Below, in pieces: positions 56,154 to 64,000 of a DNA stretch of 64,000 nt. The first letter of the stretch is position 1. Each line of letters begins with the position of its first letter. The position numbers were made by a program, and so were the translations under genes. This stretch comes from Vicinamibacterales bacterium (lineage in GTDB: Bacteria > Acidobacteriota > Vicinamibacteria > Vicinamibacterales > JAKQTR01), in assembly GCA_025456345.1 (NCBI GenBank), contig JALOKU010000009.1, positions 19,255 to 83,254 on the forward strand, written 5' to 3'. The notes below the pieces were generated by a model. That model worked only from the letters and a program-made list of their open reading frames with translations, did no database searches and was not told the DNA's origin.

Positions 56154-57529
56154 TGCGGGTGGCGGCCTTCCTCGCCGGGATGCTGGTTGCCGCGAGCGCC
56201 GCGGCGCAGGACCATGCCGTGACCCCGGGGAATCTCGAAGGGCGGCCGGGCGCTGAAAGCGCCTCGCCGCTCCAGGCGCGTCTCGACGCGGCGCCGCGAG
56301 GGGCCCGCGTGCTGGTCGACGCGGGCACGTATCGCGGCGATCTCGTCATCGAGAGACCGGTCCATCTCGTGGGGGTCGGGAGACCAGTGCTGGAGGGATC
56401 GGGCTCGGGCAGCGTGGTGAGGATTCGAGCAGCAGATGTGACCATCGAGGGCTTCGACGTCGACGGACTGGGTCACGGCGACCTTGGCCGCGACACGTCG
56501 GGCATCCACGTCGCCGCGCCCCGAGCGACCGTCAAGGACTGCCGAGTGAAGCGCGCCCTGTTCGGCGTGTATCTCCGCGAGGCCCCGGGCTCGACAGTCC
56601 AGGGCACGGTCATCGAAGGCGTGCCCGGCCTCGAGCCCGGCGAGAAGGGTTCTGGCATCCACGTCTGGAACACGGACGGATTCACCCTGACCGACAACCG
56701 GATCTACGAAGCACGGGACGGCCTCTACATCCAGTCCTCGCCCCACGGGTTCGTCGCCCGCAACGTGGCGAGCCACGTCCGGTACGGCCTGCACTACATG
56801 TTCTCCGACGACAACGTCTTCGAAGACAACCGGTTCGAGTACGCCGCGGCAGGTTCGGCCATCATGTACTCGAACCGCATCCGGTTCCGCCGCAACCAGT
56901 TCCTGCACAACCGGGGCTTCGCGTCCGTCGGGCTGCTCTTCAAGGCCTGCGACGACGTGGTGGCGGAGGACAACCTGATCGCGGACAACGCCCGAGGCAT
57001 CTTCCTCGAAGGTTCGAACCGCGATGTCTTCCGCCGGAACATCATCGCCGAGTCCGACGTGGCCATCGTGCTCTACGACTCCTGCGCGCGCATCCGATTC
57101 GAAGGCAATTCCTTCGTGGCGAACCTCTCGCCGCTCATGCTGGTGGGACGCAGGACCGATACCGTCGTCGCCGGGAACTACTGGTCGGAGAACCGCGAAC
57201 TCGATCTCGACGGCGACGGCTTCGCGGACCGCCCGTACCGGCTGTCCAGCGTGTTCGACCACATGCGGGGCAACCTCACGGCAGCTGATCTCTTCGCGCA
57301 GGGATTGGCGGCCACGGCGCTTGGCGCTGCCGAAACGGCGTTTCCCGTCCTGACCGCCATCACGGTCGAGGACAGCCGTCCGCTGGCGAGGCCTCCCGCG
57401 CTCCCCCTCGTACCGCGTCCTGAGCGCCAGACACGCTCCGCGAGACTTGCCGGCCTTGCCCTCTCGCTGGGCCTCGTCGCGGTGGGAGGTGCGGCGGCGG
57501 CCGCCGCCCGCGGGAGCCGCCGTCGATGA
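56153..57529 (+). CDS. nosD: Nitrous oxide reductase maturation protein NosD
   Basis: Beta-helix repeats, 'RDGLY', 'RYGLHYMFS', 'GNYWS...DLDGDGFAD.PY'; TGATG coupling. Confidence 0.93.
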   Translation: MRVAAFLAGMLVAASAAAQDHAVTPGNLEGRPGAESASPLQARLDAAPRGARVLVDAGTYRGDLVIERPVHLVGVGRPVLEGSGSGSVVRIRAADVTIEGFDVDGLGHGDLGRDTSGIHVAAPRATVKDCRVKRALFGVYLREAPGSTVQGTVIEGVPGLEPGEKGSGIHVWNTDGFTLTDNRIYEARDGLYIQSSPHGFVARNVASHVRYGLHYMFSDDNVFEDNRFEYAAAGSAIMYSNRIRFRRNQFLHNRGFASVGLLFKACDDVVAEDNLIADNARGIFLEGSNRDVFRRNIIAESDVAIVLYDSCARIRFEGNSFVANLSPLMLVGRRTDTVVAGNYWSENRELDLDGDGFADRPYRLSSVFDHMRGNLTAADLFAQGLAATALGAAETAFPVLTAITVEDSRPLARPPALPLVPRPERQTRSARLAGLALSLGLVAVGGAAAAAARGSRRR

Positions 57530-58425
57530 TCGCTTTCCGCGGTTTCCGCAAGCAGTTCGGGACGCACGTCGCCGTGGCGGATCTCACGCTGGAGATCGGG
57601 CGGGGAGAGACGCTCGCCCTGCTCGGACCGAATGGTTCAGGGAAGACCACCTCGCTCAAGGCGGCCGCAGGCCTCATCACGCCGACCGCCGGGGAGGTGC
57701 TACTCGGTGAACCGGGCCGGAGCGCGCACGCGCCATCGGCGCGCCAGGCTGTGTCATACCTGCCCCAGCGGGTGACCTTTCCCGACACCCTGACGGGCCG
57801 TGACGTCATCGAGTTCTACCGGCGCCTCCGCGGCTCGCCCGCGTCACGCACCGACGAGGTGCTGCGGGTTGCCTCGCTCAATGGCGCCGCCGGTCGGGCC
57901 GTGGGCACCTATTCGGGCGGTATGACGCAGCGCCTGGGCCTGGCCGTCGCCGTGCTGCCGAACGCCCCCGTCTTCCTCCTGGACGAGCCGACCGCCGCCC
58001 TCGATCCCGACGGGCTGGCGGCCTTCTACTCGACCGTTGAGCGGCACGCCGCCGAAGGGCGAACGGTGCTCTTCACCTCTCATCAACTGGGCGATGTCGA
58101 GCGTCTCGCGGATCGCTTTGCCGTCCTGGTGGCCGGGCGGCTGGTCGCCCTGCTGACGCAACGCGAACTGCACGATAGCCTCGCGCAGCGTGGCCTCATG
58201 CGCGTCCGGGCGGCCGGCCACCTCGAGGACGCCGTGGGGCGGCTCCGCTCGATTGCGCCTGATAGCCACCTGGAGGCCGACGAAATCGTGGTCCCCGGCC
58301 CTCCGTCGCTGCGCCCCGCGGCCCTCGAGGCGCTGCGCGACGCCGGCGTCGAGATCCGCGGCCTGACCGCCGAGGAGGGCCGTCTGGACAGGTTCTATCG
58401 CGAGCTGGTCGGAGACTCCGCATGA
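57526..58425 (+). CDS. nosF: ABC ATP-binding protein NosF
   Basis: GPNGSGKT, YSGGMTQR, LDEPT; follows nosD. Confidence 0.88.
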   Translation: MIAFRGFRKQFGTHVAVADLTLEIGRGETLALLGPNGSGKTTSLKAAAGLITPTAGEVLLGEPGRSAHAPSARQAVSYLPQRVTFPDTLTGRDVIEFYRRLRGSPASRTDEVLRVASLNGAAGRAVGTYSGGMTQRLGLAVAVLPNAPVFLLDEPTAALDPDGLAAFYSTVERHAAEGRTVLFTSHQLGDVERLADRFAVLVAGRLVALLTQRELHDSLAQRGLMRVRAAGHLEDAVGRLRSIAPDSHLEADEIVVPGPPSLRPAALEALRDAGVEIRGLTAEEGRLDRFYRELVGDSA

Positions 58426-58868
58426 AGGCCTTCGTGGCGGCCGCGCTCGCGCTGCTGGCGTCGGCCTGCGGCAGCGGCGTTCCAGGGCCTGTGCCTCTCG
58501 ACACGCGCACCGACGCCTGCGCCGAGTGTCGCATGGCCGTCTCGAGCGGCCGCTTCGCCTCCCAGATCGTCGCACCAGGCGAGGAGCCGCGTTTCTTCGA
58601 CGACCTCGGATGCCTGGCGGCCTACCTCGGCACCCGCTCCACGGTCCCGCCGAGAGCGGTCGCCTACGTCGCCGATCACCGCTCGGGCGAATGGGTGACT
58701 CTCGCCTCGGCGGTCTTCACGCGGGTGCCGGGCCTCGAGACGCCGATGGGCTCTCACGTGGTCGCGCACGCGTCGGCGGCCTCACGCGATGGCGATCCCG
58801 ATGTGCAGGGCGGCTCGGCCGTGGACGTACGCGCATTCTTCAAACGCGCCCTGCCGGACGGTTCCTGA
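58422..58868 (+). CDS. nosL: Copper chaperone lipoprotein NosL
   Basis: Lipobox 'ASAC', CAECRM, FDDLGC, TPMG. Confidence 0.9.
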   Translation: MKAFVAAALALLASACGSGVPGPVPLDTRTDACAECRMAVSSGRFASQIVAPGEEPRFFDDLGCLAAYLGTRSTVPPRAVAYVADHRSGEWVTLASAVFTRVPGLETPMGSHVVAHASAASRDGDPDVQGGSAVDVRAFFKRALPDGS

Positions 58869-59716
58869 TGACGGCCGTGTCGACGATCCACGCGATTGCC
58901 CTCTGCGCCCGACAGGAACTGGTCCTGGCGTACCGGTCGCGATGGACCCAGACGTTTGCCGTCGCCTTCGCCGTTCTCGCGCTCGCCGTGGCGGTCTCCG
59001 GCTACGTGCTCTCGGGCGGCAGCGGTGTCCAGGACTTCTCTCGCACCGCCGCGTCGCTCGTGCAGCTCGTGATTCTGCTCGTCCCGCTGACCGCCCTCCT
59101 GCTCGGCGTCCTCACCCTGGCCTCCGACCGCGGCAACGCGGAACTGCTCTTCTCGCAGCCCGTGTCGCGCGCCGCGATCCTGCTCGGCCGCGTGCTGGGC
59201 CTGTACCAGGCGCTGATTTCGGCCCAGGCGATCGGGTTCGGTGCGGCAGGCCTCGTCATCTACTCGCAGGCGGGCGAAGACGGCGTGACCGGTTTCCTCG
59301 TGGTGATCGCGGCGGCGTTCGTCCTGACGGGGGTATGCCTGGGCCTGGCCGCCGTCATCGCGGCCGGCAACATCGGCAGGCGGCGCTCGCGTGCGCTGGC
59401 CGTGGCCCTCGTGGTCTGGCTCGTGCTTGTGGTGCTCGCCGACCTTGCGGCCCTCGGCGCGGCGTCCCTGCTCCGATCTGGCGCCGCGTCCCGCCTCCTC
59501 ATCACGGCCGCCATCGTCAACCCGGTTGGCGCCGTGCGGACGGCCGCGCTCCTGTTGATTGATGGCACCGCGGCCTTCGGTTCGGCATCCCTGGCGCTCC
59601 TGAGGTTCTCGGGAGGTCCCCTCCGCGCCGGCCTGCTTCTCGCCGCGTCGCTCGTTCTCTGGCTCGTGCTGCCGTTCTGGGCCGCTTCGCGGCGCCTCTC
59701 TCGCGCCGATATCTGA
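58868..59716 (+). CDS. nosY: ABC permease NosY
   Basis: Six TM, 'ELLFSQPVSR..ILLG', 'NPV'; TGATG coupling with nosL. Confidence 0.88.
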   Translation: MTAVSTIHAIALCARQELVLAYRSRWTQTFAVAFAVLALAVAVSGYVLSGGSGVQDFSRTAASLVQLVILLVPLTALLLGVLTLASDRGNAELLFSQPVSRAAILLGRVLGLYQALISAQAIGFGAAGLVIYSQAGEDGVTGFLVVIAAAFVLTGVCLGLAAVIAAGNIGRRRSRALAVALVVWLVLVVLADLAALGAASLLRSGAASRLLITAAIVNPVGAVRTAALLLIDGTAAFGSASLALLRFSGGPLRAGLLLAASLVLWLVLPFWAASRRLSRADI

Positions 59717-59725
59717 GGCCGGCCC

Positions 59726-61957
59726 TCAAAATCGGAACAGGTAACTCAGCTTCACGAAGACCTGCCGCCCGGTGGAAATCAAGGGCAACTCGGCCGGCGA
59801 CGGCGGCGGAGACGTCAAAGGCGCGAGGGGGCGGTTCTCGTAGCCGTCCGTGTAGCCCACGTATACGGCGGTCCACGGATTCACCAGGTAGGTGAAGAGG
59901 ATGTCGGCGTTGAACCGCCGCTCGTGCTCCAGGTCGACCAGCGCCTGGTTCGAGGAAAGCGACTCGTAGTCGAAGATGATCCGTGCCGACAGCTCGCGCG
60001 TGAACTGGTAATTCACCCGCGTGCGCAGGATGTGGTCGGTGAAGATGCGGCCGCGCGGCGCCCCGGGCGGCAGGGCGCTCTCGCCGCTGGTCGACAGGTC
60101 CGAATACAGGTACGACAAGTCGAGCCGCAGCCGTGAGAAGGGCCGCAGCGTGAGCCCCGCCTCGACGCTTTGTTCCGTGCCCAGAAACGGATCGAGCCCC
60201 TCCGCCGGGAAGTAGTTGATCCCGCTGCCGCGAAAGTAGTGCACGTTGGCGCCGAGCCACGTCAGCCACTCAGTGCTCGCCCGGACCATTCCGCCGCCGC
60301 GCCTGAAGTCGGTGCCTTCGTAGCGCTCGAAGGCTTCGACGTACAGGGCGCCGATTTCCGTCTGGCCGGGGAGCTCGATTTCGACGCCTGGCTCGAGCTG
60401 CCAGTCCTGCAGCTGCCCGCCGTAGTCCCACAGCGCGCCGGCTTCGACGTCGGCCCCGACTCTCAGGATTCGGCGCTTCTCCGGGTACCACGAGTAGTCG
60501 GCTTCCTGCTGCACCTCGCGCATGTCCACGCGGCGGATGTACCCGAGCTCCGATCGGAAATCGGGGCTTCTCGACGTGTACGAGCCCGTGTAGTCGAAGC
60601 CGCGCCCTTCCCTGCTCACCTCGGCGATCCAGGAGGTGCCGCTCGCCGAGTCGCCCGCCTCGTCGATGGTCTGGCTGCCCACCCACTGGCCCGACACCGT
60701 CCAGTTGTCTGTGAACTTCCACCGGGCATCGCCGCCATACACCCGGTTGGCTGCAGGGCCGAGTTCCCGATCCGTGAAGATGCCGCCGATGTACGACTGG
60801 CGCGCGAATTCGCGCTGGGCCCGGAAGACGCCGACGCCTGCGAGCTTGCCGCTCCGCGGGTCGCCTGACTCGACTTCGCGGCCCGGCTCTTGGTCGTTGA
60901 CGCCGAGCACGCCGAACGCCCACCCGCGCGCCTTTCCCGTCAATCGGACGCCGACGCCCGGGTCGGCGACGCGCCGCGAGAAAAACAGGTTCTGCGGCGT
61001 CTCGAAATAGCCGGCATTCTCGATGAAGAACGGCCGCTTCTCCGGAAAGAACACCTCGAACCGCTGGTTGACGGTGACCTGCGGTTGGTCCGACTCGATC
61101 TGGCTGAAGTCGGGGTTCACGGTCATGTCCACGGTCAACGCGTCCTTGATGACCGCTTTGCCGTCCACGCCCGCGCGGGCGGCGTTCTCCGGTACCCGTA
61201 CGCCCTGCTCGTCGAGAACCTTGGCCGCGGCGAAGTTCCCGTATGGGATCACCTGGATGTTCCGCCCCGGCGAAATGCCTTGCAGCCCTTCCAGCGTGGC
61301 CATCTGCTGTCCGAGCCCGGCGATGCGCCGCGTGATGTAGGGCCAGAACGAGGTCTCGTTGTTGCGCGGGACGATCCGGCCCACGGCCACGCCCCACGTC
61401 TGCTCCGACGCGTTGCTGAAGCGAAGACTCTTGAACGGGATCTTCAGGAGGACCACGTAGCCGTCTGCGGTGAGCCTGCCGTCGGATTGCCACAGCGTGT
61501 CGTAGCTGAAATCGTCATCCTGCCCCTCCGTGGTGACGCCGTCCAGCTGAATGCCGAGCGGGTTCACGATGAACTCGTACGCCCGCCGCCCGTCGTGGTA
61601 AGTGTCCAGGAGGACCGCGACCAGGTCATCGCCCATGATCGCCTCGCGCTTCGTCATGTTCGCGCGGACTTTCGCCGGGTCGTCCTTGCAGACGAACACC
61701 GCGTAGAGGTGGCCGTCGTCGTACGAGAGAAAGGCGGTTGTCTCGACCGACGCCGGCACGCCGTCGCCCGGCTCCCGCTGCACGAGGCCCGAGATCCGGA
61801 CCCCCGGCGGAGTGGTCGTCCCGTCGAGATAGCGCGAGAGCACGGGCGGCTCGGTGACCCGGGGGATGGCGACGGTTGGCTTGTCGGCGCCTGCGGCCAG
61901 CGCCGGACCAGCCGCGGCGGCCATAAGGAAGGCTACGCAACCCAGAATCCGGCGCAT
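59726..61957 (-). CDS. CBM9-like / DUF5916 outer-membrane protein
   Basis: Signal peptide, 'NPLGIQLD', 'IPFKSLRF', 'NPDFSQIESD', 'FPEKRPFF.E'; C-terminal 'KLSYLFRF'. Confidence 0.8.
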   Translation of the reverse strand: MRRILGCVAFLMAAAAGPALAAGADKPTVAIPRVTEPPVLSRYLDGTTTPPGVRISGLVQREPGDGVPASVETTAFLSYDDGHLYAVFVCKDDPAKVRANMTKREAIMGDDLVAVLLDTYHDGRRAYEFIVNPLGIQLDGVTTEGQDDDFSYDTLWQSDGRLTADGYVVLLKIPFKSLRFSNASEQTWGVAVGRIVPRNNETSFWPYITRRIAGLGQQMATLEGLQGISPGRNIQVIPYGNFAAAKVLDEQGVRVPENAARAGVDGKAVIKDALTVDMTVNPDFSQIESDQPQVTVNQRFEVFFPEKRPFFIENAGYFETPQNLFFSRRVADPGVGVRLTGKARGWAFGVLGVNDQEPGREVESGDPRSGKLAGVGVFRAQREFARQSYIGGIFTDRELGPAANRVYGGDARWKFTDNWTVSGQWVGSQTIDEAGDSASGTSWIAEVSREGRGFDYTGSYTSRSPDFRSELGYIRRVDMREVQQEADYSWYPEKRRILRVGADVEAGALWDYGGQLQDWQLEPGVEIELPGQTEIGALYVEAFERYEGTDFRRGGGMVRASTEWLTWLGANVHYFRGSGINYFPAEGLDPFLGTEQSVEAGLTLRPFSRLRLDLSYLYSDLSTSGESALPPGAPRGRIFTDHILRTRVNYQFTRELSARIIFDYESLSSNQALVDLEHERRFNADILFTYLVNPWTAVYVGYTDGYENRPLAPLTSPPPSPAELPLISTGRQVFVKLSYLFRF

Positions 61958-62025
61958 CGGGACGATCCTCGGGGAGAGCAGTGCCGACGGCCGGGCACAC
62001 AGCCGGCGTCAGGAGGGCTGACCGT

Positions 62026-62055
62026 AATTACGACGACGGCCGCCGGGACGTTTCA
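62026..62055 (-). promoter_or_regulatory. Putative ECF-sigma promoter for the DUF5916 gene
   Basis: Minus strand TGAAAC-N15-GTCGTAATT, resembling SigW-type TGAAAC...CGTA. Confidence 0.45.
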
Positions 62056-62111
62056 CCGGCGCGCCCGCCACTCTTCAGCCGGGAACGAGATAGGGTAGGA
62101 TGGTCTGGTCC

Positions 62112-62801
62112 ATGCCCGCCGAAATCGACGAGGCTCTGCTTCGCGCGCCGGTCTTCTCGAGGCTCGGAGCCGAGGACCGCCGCCGGCTCGCCGAAGTGTC
62201 CCGGCTGCAGCACTTTCATCGCGGCGAGACGGTGTTCGCGGAGGGAGACCCGCCCGAGCATTTCTGCACGGTCGCCTCCGGCCGGGTCAAGGTGTTCAAG
62301 ATGACCCCTGCCGGCAAGGACGTCATTCTGGAGATCTTCGGCGCCGGCGACCCGCTTGGCGCCGTGGCCGCCTACGACGGACATCCGTTTCCGGCCTCGG
62401 CCGTCGCCATCGAGGAGTCGCGGGTGCTGCTGGTTCCGCGACAGGCCTTCTTCACGCTGCTCGAGCAGCATCCCACGCTCGTTCGCGGCCTGCTTTCGGG
62501 CCTGACCCACCGGCTGGCGGAACTCGCGGTCCGCCTCGCCGAGCTCAGCGGCGGCCGGGTCGAACCGCGGTTCGCGCGGCTGTTTCTCAAGCTCGCCGAG
62601 GAGCAGGGACGTCCCGAACGAGGCGGCACCTTCGTGCCCGTCGCCTTGTCGCGCCAGGAACTCGCCGACATGACGGGCACCACCGTCGAGACCTGCATCC
62701 GCATCATGAGTCGCTGGGGCAAGCAGCGCACGGTGATCACCGAAAAGGACGGATTCCTCGTCCTCAATCCGGCGGAACTCGAGACCCTCGCGCTCGCCTG
62801 A
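62112..62801 (+). CDS. Crp/Fnr family transcriptional regulator (Dnr/HcpR-like, no FNR Cys cluster)
   Basis: cNMP-binding fold, 'LSRQELADMTGTTVETCIR' helix-turn-helix. Confidence 0.9.
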   Translation: MPAEIDEALLRAPVFSRLGAEDRRRLAEVSRLQHFHRGETVFAEGDPPEHFCTVASGRVKVFKMTPAGKDVILEIFGAGDPLGAVAAYDGHPFPASAVAIEESRVLLVPRQAFFTLLEQHPTLVRGLLSGLTHRLAELAVRLAELSGGRVEPRFARLFLKLAEEQGRPERGGTFVPVALSRQELADMTGTTVETCIRIMSRWGKQRTVITEKDGFLVLNPAELETLALA

Positions 62802-62995
62802 GGGAACGGTTCAGCTCAGACCCGGCGCGCCTCCCCCCGACACGGCAGCGACGGACGTGCGATAATGCCGAGAGGGCGCCGCGTCGGCGCCTCCGCGGTC
62901 TGGCCCCCCGTCCTCCGGCGCGAGACGGGATTCCCCGGCGGGTGCGCTGCCTGGCTGCTTGGCCTGGCCCGGGTCCCCGAACGGCGGAGGTTGAC

Positions 62996-64000
62996 GTGAA
63001 GAAGGTCGCATCGAAACCCTCTCCGGCGCCGGCTCGCAAGCCGGCAAAGACCGGTTCCCGAGTCCGCGGTCCGGTGAAGGCCCGGGTCGCGCCCGCCAAA
63101 GCCCGCGCGGCCAAGCCCGGGCGCCCCGCTGCGCCGAAGCCCGCACGTGCCGCCAGCCCGCAGCCCTCCGCCGCCGTCCAGGCGAAGCCCGCCCGTGCCG
63201 CCGAACCGGCCCGAGCCGCCGGCGCAGGACCGGCCCGTGCGACGGCTCCCAGGCCGCGGACCATTGCGGTGAAGGCGGTTCGGGCGTCGGCCGCGCACCC
63301 GAAGCCGTCGGCCACGGCGATGCTGATGCCGCTGCACGAAGGCATCGTGTACGGGCCCGTGCGCTCGCGGCGCCTCGGCCGCTCGCTCGGCATCAATCTC
63401 ACGCCCGCCCATCTCAAGTTGTGTTCGTTCAACTGCTCGTATTGCCAATACGGATGGTCGGAGCACTCCCGCCGCGCCTCGGAGCCGGCCTTCGAGCACT
63501 GGCCGAGCGCCGCCACGGTGGCCAGGGCCGTGGCCGCGGCGCTGCGCTCGCTCGCCGCGCAGGGCGACCGCATCGATCGCCTGACGCTCGCCGGGCACGG
63601 CGAACCGACGATGCACCCGAAGTTCAAGGAGGTGGTCGCGGCGCTGCGGAAGGTCCGCGACGAACTGGCGCCCAGCGTGCCCATCGCCGTACTGTCCAAT
63701 GCCAGCACCCTCGAACGCGCCGATGTGAGGGAGGCCCTCGCGGGGCTCGATGAGCGCTACATGAAGCTGGATGCGGGCGACACCGCAACGCTGCGGTCGG
63801 TGAACGGCTCCCCGCTCTCCATCGAGCAACTCGTGACCGGCCTGAAGAAGGTGCCCGGCATCGTCATCCAGGCGATGTTCGTGAAGGACCGCACCGGCCG
63901 CATCGACAACACGGGCGACCTCACCGTGATCAACTGGGTGGGCGCCCTCGATCGCATACGGCCGAAGGCCGTCCAGATCTACACGATCGACCGCACCCCG
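62996..64000 (+). CDS. Radical SAM protein (COG0731-like) with a 108-aa Ala/Lys/Arg/Pro-rich N-terminal extension; runs off the window
   Basis: GGAGG ribosome-binding site and GTG at 62996, open frame to 'IVYGPVRSRRLGRSLGINL...CSFNCSYC', 'GHGEPTMHP', 'KLDAG'. Confidence 0.85.
   Translation, partial: MKKVASKPSPAPARKPAKTGSRVRGPVKARVAPAKARAAKPGRPAAPKPARAASPQPSAAVQAKPARAAEPARAAGAGPARATAPRPRTIAVKAVRASAAHPKPSATAMLMPLHEGIVYGPVRSRRLGRSLGINLTPAHLKLCSFNCSYCQYGWSEHSRRASEPAFEHWPSAATVARAVAAALRSLAAQGDRIDRLTLAGHGEPTMHPKFKEVVAALRKVRDELAPSVPIAVLSNASTLERADVREALAGLDERYMKLDAGDTATLRSVNGSPLSIEQLVTGLKKVPGIVIQAMFVKDRTGRIDNTGDLTVINWVGALDRIRPKAVQIYTIDRTP

Noticed and set aside
62764-63829. Minus-strand ORFs of 314 and 337 aa
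   Set aside because: They are antisense to the plus-strand radical SAM gene, which has clear motifs.

Overview
High-GC bacterial chromosomal window with about 57 genes. The gene content suggests Acidobacteriota, possibly Vicinamibacteria, but this is inference only. No rRNA, tRNA, CRISPR array or mobile element was seen. The left half (1-34 kb) holds anaerobic or ferredoxin-based core metabolism (KorAB-type 2-oxoacid oxidoreductase, NfnAB-type transhydrogenase, NifJ/PFOR with a DHOD-like partner), ispH, folK, dksA and a combined RND/MacAB-TolC export operon. The right half (34-64 kb) is a redox and respiration island with three parts. (i) An ECF sigma/anti-sigma pair faces DUF302 plus an unannotated 52-aa membrane protein that has an in-frame UGA and a SECIS-like hairpin (candidate selenoprotein). 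(ii) A leftward extracellular-electron-transfer module joins Geobacter-type inner-membrane quinol oxidoreductases (split CbcL-like and ImcH-like) to an MtrA/MtrB porin-cytochrome, with no MtrC, and is followed by feoB-feoA and hemerythrin. Upstream lies a sigma54 promoter driving a highly structured ~290-nt RNA resembling 6S/Ms1. (iii) A divergent operon couples an NfnB/GltD-like flavo-Fe-S protein to a Rieske/cytochrome b/pentaheme c complex and a clade II N2O reductase cluster (nosZ-B-D-F-L-Y). A CRP/FNR-type palindrome precedes it and a Dnr-like regulator lies nearby. mtrA carries a frameshift and mtrB has lost its stop codon, which may be sequencing errors or early gene decay.
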